A stretch of DNA of 64,000 nt from the human T2T-CHM13v2.0 reference genome, Homo sapiens, in assembly GCF_009914755.1 (NCBI RefSeq), contig NC_060927.1; one strand, given 5' to 3'. Within the stretch, counting starts at the first letter, position 1. Every line of letters begins with the position of its first letter. Made by a program: the position numbers and the translations under genes. The notes beneath the pieces were generated by a model that saw only the letters and a program-made list of their open reading frames with translations, had not been told where the DNA came from and did not search any database. Positions 14,250 to 27,350 of the stretch are shown piece by piece.

Positions 14250-14659
14250 AGTGGCTATGTTGGCTATTCTCTACTTCCCCTCTCCAGATCCATTCTCCAC
14301 CATTATCCCTCCTGCTTTGTGCCCTTGGGAGGCTGACCTTCCCCTCTGCCTTTTAGTTGGGTTCAGTCAGAGGGGAGCACTGGAAAAAGAGGGTGGAAGA
14401 GTGGCCAGCCATAGTGACCATGGCTCTCTACGGAAGGCCATAGCTTCTGTCAGGTGGTTAGTTCTAATAACTTAGGGGTTCCAGTGACCACTCCCCACCT
14501 TGCTCCTTCCGACCTAGGGCATTAATGGCTCCCTGCTTTGCCACAGGGGTCTCTTTTAAACTGACCCCCCTTACTGTTGTAAATAGTCCCTTCAGTGAAT
14601 TCTTTTTGTCTCCCTGGTTGAAGGAAACATCTGCTTCTGGCCAGGACCATCATGGATAC
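14250..14659 (+). mobile_element. LTR33-like ERVL solo LTR
   Basis: ctccagatccattctccacc...tgtgcccttgggaggctgacct...gtaaatagtcccttc...catctgcttctggccaggacc...gataca. Confidence 0.75.
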
Positions 14660-17065
14660 AGTAGGTGCTCAATAAGTGCATGGTTGATTAGCAGGCCTCC
14701 TTGTTTTTCCTCTCCTCTGGCCTCTACATCACTAAATGGTCACTTCTCTTCTAGCCTGAAGAGCCCATGGAATGTCAGCTTGGGAATCCCTCCCTCTTTC
14801 CCCATAACTTGTCCAACCACCATCCCTCTCCCAAGAACCTGGCACAGTAAATTCATTAGAGCGAATTCAAATAAATAAGGTTTTACTTTTCTTCTTTGGG
14901 ATTTCTTAGCATGCCCGTTGGGACAATTAGGGAGGGATTCTTTCAAGTACAACATTTTCTCTAGCAATTATGGGGGTTTTATCTCCCAGATGTGATTTAT
15001 GCCATATTACACTCCAAGAAGGGAACATGAAGAATGTTTGTGGCTAAAGAAGTCTCAACACAAGGAAACTACAGGTGAAACGTAACAATAGTAATTGCCT
15101 TACTTTATTTGCGAAGGGGTGGTGAACACTAATATGCCTGACTCCATAGAGCAGTGTATTTGGTTTTCTTAAGCAGGAAGAAGGGGGCCCCCCCCAATTT
15201 TAATTTACTGAATGAGTTTAAGAACCATGGTGTATTTCCCAAGCTTCGCTAGTGAAGATGGTATTTTGTTAAAAATTGAGATTCCCATTGATCCAGATCC
15301 AGTTGGGCCTGGGAATCTGTTTTCAACGTGTATCCTGAGTCATATTTGGGAAGCACTGGGCTCTGCTTATGATTCTCACGTTCTGGTCTGTGACTGAGGA
15401 GATGTGCCATGATGAGAGTGATGATGGTGATGGTGGCAGACAAGAGCATGTCACATTTAGAAATACTGTAACTGGTTGCTGAGGTTTTACATATATTCCT
15501 TCTGAGCTTGTTTTGTCTAATATTGCCTGTGCCAACAGTATTTTACCAGAATTGAATGAAAAGAAAGGTACCAGCAGATTTTTTTAGATGTTCTAATTGA
15601 TACCAGAAGCAAAGACGTAGAAACCGTCATGTTATAAACATGAAAGCCCCAAGCAAACAGCCTTTAGCCCACCCTTTGAGAACCACTACATGACTTCTTG
15701 ATAAGATTCTTTCAACTTTACCCTATGCCTGGATCATGAAAGAGGTGTTTCTAGAAAGCTCTGCAAAGGACTTTCTCTGACAGACGGCTCTAGGCAGGGG
15801 GAAGCTCTGACTAACTGATCTCTGGAGAGGAACACAGATGTTCCCTCCTAAAAAAGGACATGCTGGCCTTGCTTTCTTACAGGTCACGAAGTCTCTTTTA
15901 GGAATGCCATTTGGCATTTCAAGTTTCTGCAGCAGTTCTGCAGAAAGCCATGCCTAGAAAATTTATAATTACTCTGATACCAGATGGCTTTGCGGCCTTC
16001 AGTATCAAATGCATTGTGATTGTGCTATGAGAATTTTGGGGGGAAAATTCCAAACTTTATTAATTATTGTATTGGGGAAAACATCATGTTATTGAATTTT
16101 AATTAGAGTTGCTGGGCAGCCTGGGCTGCCTTTTAACTTACGGGTCACCTGGTTATTGCCTGTGAGGCTCACTGAGGAAATGTCTTGCTGGCAAAGCTGA
16201 GTTCGCTCAGAATGTGGACTGTTCCATTTTTCTGTTGTCCAACACTTGCTTTGTTTGTGACATTTAGCTCCTTTTCTTCCTTTCCATCCCAAATCCACAC
16301 CCTTTCTTCTGTCTTTTGCAAAATCTATGACACTGTTGAATGAATAATATAAGCCCAAGGACTTGGAGGGATGAGAGCTGTGATGCCCACATGTTTTAGT
16401 GTTGGCATGTTTCCCTCATTTTTGGGGATGCCTTGGGTTGAAGCTGATTTTTCAGCATCCCTGGTTTAGCATATGTTGCATTATGTATCTGGGAAAGTAG
16501 CATATCTATTTTCTCATTTTGCATTACAATAGCATCTAGTAACATTCAAGCCTCAATTAATTGAACCAATAATTATTATATTAAAAATGGTATGTATGCC
16601 CCAGGGCAGAGGTTAGGCTATGGTGGGCATTTGAGACCTTAGGGCCATAGACCCCGAAACATGCATTCTCCAGAACTGAGTATGCAACTGTTTGCTTTCG
16701 ACCTTACAGCACAGGCTTTGGGAGAAAACAGTTACGTTCAGGTCCTAACTCCAGTAATGAATTTCAAGCTTCTTGTTATTGTTTTTCTTCCTGAAAGACA
16801 AAGGGAGTTTTATGCCATGGTATTTTGAGGACAATGTTGAATCAATTGTTATCAAATGGGAAGATTTCTGAATGCTGAATAGTTTGTAATATCCTTCAAA
16901 AAACCAAACCAAGAACCCACCCACCCATTCACCATTTATCTCTCCATTTGTCCACCCACCCATTACCCACCCATCCATCCATTCACCCATCCATTTCAAC
17001 ATTCACCAGTTCCTACAAGGTACTGAGTACTGCATTTATTTGCTAGGGGTGCAAAAATAAAGTCT

Positions 17066-17225
17066 AATAATAATAATAACCATCATTTATTGAGAACCTA
17101 CTATGTGTTGAGCAGTTTCCAATCTTCAAAGCAGTTTTGTGATGTAGGAATTATGTTCTCCGTTTTATGAGAGAACAGAAGCTAATTTACTTGCCTGGGT
17201 CACCAGGCAGTCAAGGCGGAGCAGG
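17066..17225 (-). mobile_element. MIR SINE fragment
   Basis: aataataaccatcatttattgagaacctactatgtg...acttgcctgggtcac. Confidence 0.7.
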
Positions 17226-18414
17226 CCTGAGGCATCCTTGCAACATTAGAACCAGAACAACATTTCATTCTTTTATGTTAAACGGACTCTCCTGCCTGGA
17301 CCCAGGCCCACGTTAGCATCCAGAGTGGCATGCAGTGGCAGAATTGGAGCTGGAACAGCCCTCATTTGTTGTCTTCTCTCCTTGGGAAATCTTCCTGCTA
17401 TCAGTGAAAAAGGGAGAGGGATCAGCTCTTGTTTCTTGGCTTTGCTCTTTACAGCCTCTTAGAAACTTGAGTTCTATCTGGATTCATCGTGTCATTTGAT
17501 GGTACAGGAGTACAAATGGAGGTCCACTTAGCGAATATCTAAATATTTAAAGATTACAAATCAAGGTAACTGTTCAGTAAACTGTGTTCCATCCTACCTT
17601 GACAAATATACCTTTATAACAACTTGGAAGCCCTAGGTTGAATTTTGATTTCTCAGGCCTCTCAGAGTTTAGTGTAGAAATGGATGGCTTGGGGAGAGCC
17701 AGCCCCCAGCCCACCCCCCCACTTCCCTTTCCATCTGACTCCATCCCGCATGGCAATGGGCCTTCTGTGCATGCGTGTGTGGACACCCATCCAAGCTTCG
17801 TCCACCCCCTCCCCACAGAGGCTGCCCTTGGACCTCAGGTAGGGTACACTCACTCATGGTGCACTTTACAGTGCAGGGGACAAACCCTGGAGTAGAGCCC
17901 AACATGGACCCTGAAGGAGGACTTAGGGCTGTTGGGGCAGGGATTTCTGTTGTCCTGGGCACACAGAGCATATCTGCAAGAGGGAGATGTGGAGACTGAC
18001 CTTGGTCTCACAAACTCATTGCCCCTTGCAAAGAAATAACCAGGAGGGTCTCCTGAGAATGGGGTTCAGAGTAAGGGCCCCTCTTGCCTGGGTCTTACCC
18101 AGGGTGATACCATTTCTGCCAAGTCAGAGGATGAAAGGGACTTCGGCGGAAGCCATATGACCCACCTCTGTCATTTTAGGGAGACTGAGCATGGCTGGTA
18201 AATCTCAGTGATGGCTGGAGCCCTGGGGGTCCTTAGTTTCCCAGCAAGTGCCCTGTCCTGCTCTTGCCTTTCTGAGCATCATCCTCGTGGCATTCTGGAG
18301 CATGAGGACCCAAGGCTGGGTCTGAGTGGATGACTGTAGTTACGTACACAGGCTCTGCTGCAGGGACAGGATTACAGAAGATGTTTACACAAAGCTGTAG
18401 CTTTGGAAACAGGC

Positions 18415-18635
18415 TGTGGTGCATATCTTAGCAGCCCCACTGACCAGCTTGGTGATTTTTGTTCAACTGGAGCCTTGGCTTCCTCGTCTAGAAATTGGAG
18501 ATAAAATGGTATCTGTAGGTAGAGTTGTGTAGGTGGAAGATGAGATGTTTGTAGAAATCTTCATACAGCACTTGGCTTTCCCAAAGGGAACATCAGCGAA
18601 TTGTAGCCACTGTGACTGGAGCTGCTACTATTGTT
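18415..18635 (+). mobile_element. MIR SINE fragment
   Basis: gagccttggcttcctcgtctagaaattggagataaaatggtatct. Confidence 0.65.
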
Positions 18636-18671
18636 CACCAGGTGTCCTGGACCCCACTGAGAAGACGCTGC

Positions 18672-19285
18672 CATTCGTTCATTCACTGATTCACCCACTC
18701 AAATATTCATAGAGCACCTATCATGTGCAAGTACTATTCTGGTAGCATGGGACTTACCAGTGAACAAGAGAAGCAAAATTCCATGCCATAGTGGAGCTAA
18801 CATCCTAGCAGGTAGAGGCAGAGATAAACCATAAACATAATTAACATGGAGATATAGAACATATGGAATATAGAGTATGGAAACACGAAAGCTGATAAGT
18901 GCTATGGAAAAAGGTGGATAAGGGAAAGGGGTTTGGTTGACCCAAGGTGGGCTGTAATTTTAAATAGGGTGGTTAGGGTAGGCCTCATGAAAGAGGTTTT
19001 TAATCAAGAACTTGAAGGAGGTAAGGGGAGAGAACCATGTGGAGGGATCTGGGAGAAGAGCATTCCAGGCAGCGGAAACAGCCGGTGCAAAGGCCCTGAG
19101 GCAGGAGTGCCTGTTGTTCCAGGGACAGTCAGGAGGCCAGTGTGTCTAGAGCAGAATGAGGGTGTAGGTATTAAGAGACGAGGTCAGAGACATGACAGAG
19201 GCCTGACCGTGTAGGGCCTAGTAGACCATTGAAAGGACTTGGCTTTTACTCATTGCAAAGTACGGAGGGGACAAATGACATGACC
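18672..19285 (-). mobile_element. L2a LINE 3' end
   Basis: cattcgttcattcac...gagcacctatcatgtgcaag...agagcattccaggcagcggaaacagccggtgcaaaggccctgaggcagga. Confidence 0.85.
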
Positions 19286-21600
19286 TTCTGCATCTCCTCC
19301 CACGCCTTGGGCCCACAGGCTGCCTCTGCACTGTTAGTCCTCCCTGACTTCCTGCCCCAGGCTCACTGCCCCCATCCATGTTGCACACCCCTCTCTACCT
19401 GCAGCCGCCATCCCCTAACAGGTAGAGGTGTGCCCTGGGTCCACTCCCTCAAGTCCCAGCTGCATTACCAGCCAAGGATGTGATGCATAGTATTCTGGAG
19501 CTCCTTTTTAAAAAGGAGTTACATTGCTTTGGGAGTTCAGGACACAGGCAGCCTGGGGGTGCTTGCTTCATTTCTGAAAAAGCAGGTTGTGGCCACCCTT
19601 TCATGAGCCTTGACTCTACTGGGCTCTCCCTGCTCCCCATGGAGCCTCATGCTGTCCTCAGGCCACCCTAGCCCCCTGTTCTCCTGGCTGGCTTTATCCC
19701 GCTGAGCAGTGGGACAGAGGACAGGAAGATGAGAGGAAGATATTCCAGAGCTGGGTGGAGAGTCAGGGTGGAGTAGAGCTGTGTGAGGGTGTGCATGAGG
19801 GAGCCAACAGGAAGGAGGGCTGGGTTCTTGTTCTCTGACCAATTCCCAGTCATGGCTCTCCCATGGGGTTTCACAGCTCAGTCCGAAGACACATTGTTCC
19901 TGTGCATGGTGTAGCCAAGCCCAAATATTTAGCTACGGCCACACCAGCCCTTGTTCTGCTTATAACTGTGGTGTAGACCTCAGTCCAGACACCCTCCAAG
20001 AGATACCCACCCTGCCCCTTGGCACTGGCTTGGGCGGCCTTGTCTGGTGCTGGAAGGCTCTCTTGGGTTCTTTGCCAAAGTTCAGATGTCCCCCTTTCCC
20101 ACTCTGTGGGTGGGCCCTAGTGGGGGATGGATGAGGGCTAAGGCATGCTTTACCCCTGGCTCCCAGGCACAGAGATGAGGGTGGCCTCTGGGTCAGAGGG
20201 CTTCCTGTTGAGTCAGAGCCTCCAGCCGATATGCCTACTGTCCCACCCCTACTCCACATAGATGCAGGGCACCCTGCAGCTTTGTTTCAGGAGGAACTCT
20301 GCCAGTGGAAACCCCATGTCCTTAGCGCAGCCCTGGGGGTTATCAGGGTGGCTCAGATGCAGGAAGTCCTCGCCTCTGCTGTCCTGCTCTGCCCCACCCT
20401 GTCCTGCAGAGGGGAGGCCCTGCCCATGGGAGAGTCTGCCTCTACTGGGCAGTGCTGGCCTGGAGGAAACTTCCATGCCACCCCTCCTGCCCCTGGGCTC
20501 CAGGGCTCTCGATTTTTGGGGTAAACAGAGGTGCTGGGCTCTGCTGAGGATAAGCTTTGTGATCTGGGAAGGATCCCTTTCTCCTCATTTTTTCCCCACC
20601 TCCTTTTCATCATGTCTGTGTGAAAACGAAAGCTATTGTTTATGTAAAAGGACCATTTGCCTAATGTCCCTGGAATTTATTTGCTGGAGCATTTTCCATT
20701 TTCATATTCAGTTTAGACCTTGGCTGAAGTAGGGAGGTTATGTAACTGGGATGGAACAAATCTCATTGGCATCTGGGGACCCTAGTGTACCCCACCCTTA
20801 GCCATTCCTGCAGTGGACTGAGTGCCCCCCTGGCTGTATATTCAAGTCGCCTCTGTGGCTGCCAGAGTTGGGGAGCTGGGGAGCTGGAGTGATAGAGAAG
20901 GAGTTGGCAGCATTTAGAATGGAGTCAGGAGGAAGATTTCTCTGGGGGGTTGGATTCATAGATCTGCTTTGGGGCTGTCTCCTCCTCCTCAGCTGTAGAC
21001 CTCGGGGGTCCAGACTTTCCTTGCACACAAAGCCTAGGCCTTTCCTATCAGCCTGTCTGTGGACCTTAGCCAACAGCCTGAGCCTCACTGCTTGAGCCTT
21101 GGCTGGATTAGGGAAATGTCTCTGGCACTTTCCTTCTTGGCTGTCTGTGGAACCTGTCTCTACATTCTAACCCATCCCCAGCAGCACTGGCCTTGAGGGC
21201 CATGTTTCTACCCCTGATTCCCAGCCTGAGCGCCTTGGGTTTCTCCTCAGAAGCCTTGTCTGGGTCTGCATGGAATTACTTTGACAAAGGATGGGATGTT
21301 TTTCTAGGTTATGAGGGCCTGGACATTTGCCTGCCTGGGGTTTTAAAAGAAGGCAAATATATAGAGTGGGTTTTGGAGCCCTGAACTTAGTCATGGGTGG
21401 ATAGGGGTGGGCTGAGGAGGGGGTGCAACCTCTGCCTTCCCTCCCCACACCCCCATATTCTGAGATGGTAGAGAACCCTTTCATTCCTCCAGCCTGTCTC
21501 TTTCATCCCTCTATGGACTGAGACATCTCCCTTTACACCAGTTTTTTACTTAAACATGCTTATTAGCCTCCATTAAGAAAAAGGTAACCCTGTGTATACC

Positions 21601-22005
21601 TGTATTAACACAATGCTAACTGCTGCAACAAACCCTCAGTTTTCAATTACTTGACCTACTAGATGTTTGTTCATTGCTCATGTGTCAGTCAAATAAGGCT
21701 ATTCCTCGTTGAAGGTAGCTTCCTCCACGTGGTGATTCTGGGACTGCAGTTGCTTTCCATTGCTGCTGCTGCAATTCCTTAGGACCTCCAGGATTTCTGC
21801 CTCCTGGGGGCAGGAGGAGAAAGAAGCAGTGGAGAAGGCACACCCACCCCTTAAACACTCCAGCCTAGAAATGACCCACATCCCTTCTACCGACTTTCCA
21901 TTGGTGGGAACTAGTCACATGGCCACAGCCGGCCTCAGAGGAGGCTGGGAAATGTGGGTCCAGGCTGGGCACCACCTTGGGAATGACTCCACATATCAGT
22001 GGTAG
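21601..22005 (-). mobile_element. MaLR LTR (MLT1I-like)
   Basis: atgctaactgctgcaacaaaccctca...ccattggtgggaactagtcacatggccaca...gaggctgggaaatgt. Confidence 0.75.
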
Positions 22006-22444
22006 GAGATGGAGAGGAGGGGGTGTACTTGGGAAACGGCGAGGTCAAGTCAGCAGGGTGGATTGAGAATATGTAGGGGGACGAAGCCAGGAGTCCAAGG
22101 ACCCCTTGGGTTTCTGGTTTGGAGAACAGGGTGGATGGTGCCTCTGAAGGCAATGGAGTTAACAGGAAGATGGACGATGCTGAGAGGGAAGGCTCATCTG
22201 TCAAGTGCCCAGCAGGGGTGGGTGCTGTAAGAATGTTTTGTGAATGCAGGAATGAGGAGAAACAGTAGTGAATGAACTTGAGTCCCTTCTGCCAACCCCT
22301 TGCAGCTATAGTGGAGAAAAACTGTTTGGTAGCTGTACTCCATAGCCTGAAACCATAGCACCTGATGAAATTGGACCAATCTGTTTTCAAATACAAAGCT
22401 AGTAGTTAGAATAACCAGGGGGAAAAAAGCATAATCAGTAGCCC

Positions 22445-23111
22445 CATGTCTTTGCACAGGCTGCCATAAAAAAAGGTACAGTTGTTTCTCAGTATGCATG
22501 GGAGATTGGTTCCAGGATTCCCAATGGATACCAAAATTCATAGATGCTCAAGTCCCTGATATAAGGTGGCATCGTATTTGTATATAACCTACATATATCC
22601 TCCTGTATACTTTAAATTATCTCTAGATTACTTATAATACCTACAACAATGTCAATGCTATGTAAATAGTTGTTATACTGTATTTTGGGTTTTTTGTTGT
22701 ATTGTTATTTTTATTGTTTTTTTCCTGAATATTTTTGATCTGTGGTTGGTTGAATCCATGGATGTGGAACCCATAGATACAGAGGGCTGACTATCCCATA
22801 AATTGGGTGGGTTACACAACAGAAATTAATTTGCTCACAGTTTTGGAGGCTGAAAGCCCACAATCAAGGTGCCAGCATAGTTGGTGTGTGGTGTGGGCTC
22901 TCTTCCTGGCTTAGAGTCGGCCACCTTCGTGCTATGTCCTCACATGGCAGGGAGAGAGAGGGAGAAAGCTCTCTAGTGTCTCTTCTTATATACCATCATG
23001 AAGGCTATGACCTCCTCTAAACCGAATTATATCCTGAAAGGCCCATCACAGTGGGAGTTAGGGCTTAAAAATGTGAATGTGGTGTTGGAGGACACAATTC
23101 AGTCCACGGCA
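22445..23111 (-). mobile_element. MaLR LTR (MLT1A-like) interrupted by MER2
   Basis: gctgccataaaa[MER2]...acaacagaaattaatttgctcacagttttggaggctg...ggacacaattcagtccacggca. Confidence 0.8.
22479..22793 (+). mobile_element. MER2 (TcMar-Tigger MITE)
   Basis: ta|cagttgtttctcagtat...gattggttccagga...gatgctcaagtccctgatataa...gatacagagggctgact. Confidence 0.9.
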
Positions 23112-23931
23112 TCCAGTGGCGATGTCTCCCCAGGCATAGAGTCCTCTTCTGTGTTGGGTATTGTCTCTCTAAGCTGCGGGGAAAGGGAAGGCAGCAGATT
23201 GGTGTCCTGGCCCATCCACTTCAGGTGAGAAGGATGCCTGCTGTCCTCGTGTGGACACAACTTCCTCTGCTCTCCTTGGCCTTGGCCTTGGCCTCTTTGC
23301 TTTAGGATATGATGCCCAGAAGGGCTCGAAACTGGAGTCTGACCAGGGGCAAGCAGGCTGCCTCTTGCTCCTCCCCAGAAAGGGAGAGCCAGCTGAGGGT
23401 GACACCTTGGGCTGCAGCCACAGGCCACTTTGCCACTGGGCTCACCCACGCTGCTGCTGCCACACGTGGGGCCAAGGGTGACAAGGCTGCCAGGGAGCCT
23501 GGGATCGGAGTTCCAGGGCCATCTGAGCTCTGGGTCAGCAGCAGTCATTGGAGCAGGGATCTGGGGAGGCTTTTCACGTGGGGGTTGTTGAGATAGGGGT
23601 CTGGCCCCATTCCTGCCTGACTGGCAGTCTTCATTAATGTACGTTTATACCAGGAGCAAGTGGAGCTGGGGAGGGGACTCACATCTCTGTCTGTGGGAAG
23701 CAGGGCAGAGTGAGGGAGAGTATGGCCTGCTTTCTAGCTGATATCTCCCCTTGCTCTCAGCAAGCTCCTCTGCCTCTTCCTTTCCTTCTGGTAAAGCATA
23801 AGGAGAGGACTCAACAGTAAGGACTAATATTTGACAGTGAGGAGCAGATAGAGTTTTTTAGGCAGGGGTCACTGTTAAGGAAGTTTGTATTTTTTTTTTA
23901 ACTTCCAAATAAAGCTTGAAGTGTCTGAGAG

Positions 23932-24160
23932 GCTGCATAACAGAGGTGAAGGGCACAGACTTGGGAGCCCCATGGCCAGGATTTGAATCTGAACTCTTAG
24001 GCAGGTCCCTGAACTGCTCAGCCCTCAGTTTCCCATCTGTAAATGGTGATAACAGTACCTTCCTAAGGTCATTATGAGGACTAAATGAGTAAACATTGAT
24101 ACAGTGCTAACAACGCTTAATAGAGTACTTACAACACTTCACTTAATAAGTGCCATATGG
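23932..24160 (+). mobile_element. MIR SINE
   Basis: ggatttgaatct...cctcagtttcccatctgtaaatggtgataacagtacct...atgaggactaaatgag. Confidence 0.85.
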
Positions 24161-24176
24161 TGGGTGTTAAATATAT

Positions 24177-24340
24177 ATTTTGGGGAACGGGGTCTCGCTA
24201 TGTTGCCCAGGCTAGAGCGCAGTAACTATTCACAGGCACAGTCAGAGCCCACTACAGCCTCCAACTCCTGGGCTCAAGCAGTCCTCCTTCCTCAGCTTCC
24301 CAAGTAGCTGGGACTACAGGCATGTACCATTGCACCCAGC
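24177..24340 (-). mobile_element. FAM (fossil Alu monomer)
   Basis: Single monomer retaining the 7SL-like GCCTGTGAATAG segment and ending GGGCAACATAGCGAGACCCCG. Confidence 0.85.
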
Positions 24341-24464
24341 TAAATTTTTAAAAATTAAGTCTTGTTGAAGAGTGAGTAGAAACCAGAGTGGTGATAATTT
24401 CTGGTTCTCCCTAGTCATCTCCCTCAAGAATTTCCCAGTTACTTCTCCTGGAAGATCCGCTTCC

Positions 24465-24626
24465 TTGTTTTGTTGTTTTTGTTTTTGTTTTTGTTTTTTT
24501 TTGACTTTGAGACAGGATCTCACTCTGACACCCAGGCGGGAGTGCAGTGGTACAGTCTCCGCTCACTGCAGCCTCAACAGCCCAGGCCCAAGTGATCCTC
24601 CCACCTCAGCTTTCCAGGTAGCTGGG
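24465..24626 (-). mobile_element. Partial Alu right arm (AluJ/FRAM-like) with (TTTTTG)n tail
   Basis: gagacaggatctcactctg...gctcactgcagcctcaac...gtagctggg, then homology ends. Confidence 0.85.
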
Positions 24627-27057
24627 CAGTGTCAGCAGCTCTCCTATGGCCAGCTCCACCACCAGGTCAGACAGTACCCTTGGCAACCTGTGGACCAGGC
24701 TGGGGAAGAAGAAAATCTAGGAAGAAAAGGCCACACAAGGAAGAAGTGCAGATGGCAGGGGATTCCGGTGGCCAGGGACCAGATGGGAGTCCGAAAGCTA
24801 CACAGAGCAAACAACCAAAATTGAAAGCAAACAGACTCTGAGTTGAGAAACCTGTTCTCCCTATCCAGAGCATACAATTCAGAAAATGCCGGAACAGCAT
24901 AAACACTGCAAAACAAATCCAGCTATGTAATCCCTTTATTTTAGTAATTAGAGGTGGCACTGGGAATGCTGGTAACAGTGGAGTTTGACTCAGATCCCCT
25001 TGACCTCACTTGGCTTTTCCTCCATGTTCCAACAACTTGTTAAGTCTGCTTCTCCATTCCATTCCTTTCCCGGCGTGGTGTTTGGGTTTGTAGGCAGGAT
25101 GGCCATGTATGCACAAAGAAAGCTTTGGGGCAGTTTCCTGCCACCCAGTTTTTATGAACATTCTCTTTGCCCCATGTGTGGCAGCAGAAGGCAATCCAGC
25201 CCTCAGCCTGGACCGCCGACCTTGTGTGTTTGTCTCCCTCTGTGCCTAGGCCCGAGAGGCCATTAGAAGCCCCATTTGTGTGTCTCAGCATGGCAGGAAG
25301 GTCAAACCGCTGCTTCCTGGTTGGAAATGGTTTCTTCATTGATTCATCAGGTCAGTCAAGCATTTACTGAGCACCCACTGGAGCCAGCATTGTGCAAGGT
25401 GCTAGGAATACAGTGATGAGGAAAAGCAGACATAGACCTTACCCTTCTGAAAGTTCCACTAAAAATCAAATAACTGTGAACAAATGTCCCCTTCCTGCTG
25501 TGATACCTGCCATAAAGAAACATGTTACTATTAAAGTATAACCAGATACTCACATGTGACATTCTCTTGTTGGTTTTCCCTGAGTGCAAAAGAGGTGGTG
25601 AGTCTTTCTAAATCCTGAGTCAAGATGCTTGACCACTTATTAGGACTTGAAAAGAGAAAGGCTACAACTCAGTTTTGGACCCTTAGTCCCTTATCAACAT
25701 CGAAGGTACAGAAGGATTGACATCAGAGAGGCCCAGGAAGTTTGACATTGGAGAGAGGCGTTTTTGGAGAAGGCTGATGGGCTGGGGGGTGTTTTCCGAC
25801 CTGAGCCCCTTGGAGGAGAGAAAAGGGTGTTCTTCCTCCAGCCCAGAGAAAGGAGGAGACCAGACAGGTCTAGCTCCTGAGAGCTAGCCTGACTTTCTTC
25901 CAGAGTCTTGGAGAGCACAAAGATGTGTGTTGATGTACAGCTTAAAGGGGAGTTAATGGAGCCCTGAGAATGTCCTGCTCCCCCGGAGGAGGACATATGA
26001 GTGCATCTCAGGGTGAAAGCTGGCTAGGAGCTATTTAAAAGGGGTTGTACCTTAGGTGACCCTAGGGAGAGGTGATGGGACCATACCCAAAACACAAGGG
26101 GTCTGGGGCCAGCGGAGGAGACCTTGTTCCCTCTTGGGAGTTGCAGGGGAGTGTCCCAATGCTCAGGAAGCTCCAGGGAACCTTCAGTGTGCCTGAAAAA
26201 AAGTCAACCTGGAATACCCACCAAGCTAAGGGAGGTCAGCGTGCAATGCCACAAAGCCACAGAAGTCTCTAGAGCGACTCAGCTTTAAACAGCTGCCATG
26301 GCCAGAGAAAAGCCAACACCCAAAGACACCAGTTCCAACTAGGTGTGGCTTCTCCTCCCCTCCTCTCCTCCCCTCAAAAGGTGTTCTAAGCAGCTGCTGG
26401 GAAAGGGGGTGAGAGGAAGTGACTGCAGCTTTTTTATCTCCCACTTCCCACCCTCTAGCAACCTTCAAAGCCTGAAGTAGGGCCAAGTTGGAAGAGGCGA
26501 GGAAGTTTAACTTTAAATGAAATTTGGAGTTTTTCACTAATACGCAGGACTGGTCATTTTGATACTGAATGGGATTATTCTGGAGATTAAAGCAATGGAA
26601 AGACTTTTCATGATCTAAGAGTGATCCAAGAGATAGTGGGACCTGCTCAAGGTTTCATCCAGGAGGCCAGGGAGAAAGGGCCAACCTCAGTATCTAAGGG
26701 TTAAGGGTGTGCAAGAGAGTGCAATCAGTATTGCATTTCAGCAGATCAGCCAAGCTGCAGGATAGGTGACAGATATGAAACGATAAATGTGGAGGCAGGG
26801 AGACCAGGTAAGAAGTCTGCGGTGGTCTAATGGTGGAGGTGAAGAGAAGAGGGCAGGCTGCAGAAAAGGCAGGATACGAGGTAGAACTCCCACAGTTTCC
26901 TCATCTCTATTGTACATAGTAATCAGGGTCTAACATAGCTTCCCTTTCCCACCTACGACCTATGAGGTGCACCTGTCCGTAGTAAGTACTCAGTAAATGA
27001 CTGGTGAATGAATGTGTTTTAAATAAGGTATATAGTGAGAAAAGTGAGCATTGGAGT

Positions 27058-27350
27058 CTATTTCAGTTATGTGTTACAATAATAATGCTGCAGAACAAAC
27101 TCAAAACTTCAGTGGCATACAATACAAAGCATATAGTTTGTGCAGCTGGGATTAGCAGTGGCTTGGCTAGCTGGCTCTGCTGATTTGGGCAGGGCTTGTT
27201 CATATAGCTAGGGGTCAGCTAGCTGTTGGTTATCTAGACTGGCATTGGCTGGGGTGACTGGGGCAACTCAGCACCGCTCCATGCATATCTCACTGTCCAA
27301 CAGGCCAGCCTGGGCGTATTCACGTGGAGACTGAGAAGCACGAGAAGGCA
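27058..27350 (-). mobile_element. MaLR LTR (MLT1G/H-like), partial
   Basis: aatgctgcagaacaaactcaaaacttcagtggcatacaa...ctctgctgatttgggcagggct...caggccagcctgggc. Confidence 0.7.

Noticed and set aside
24629-24960. Purine-rich, exon-like stretch after the truncated Alu as a processed pseudogene
   Set aside because: No recognisable protein in any frame and no distal TSD found; a BLAST search would be needed to revive it
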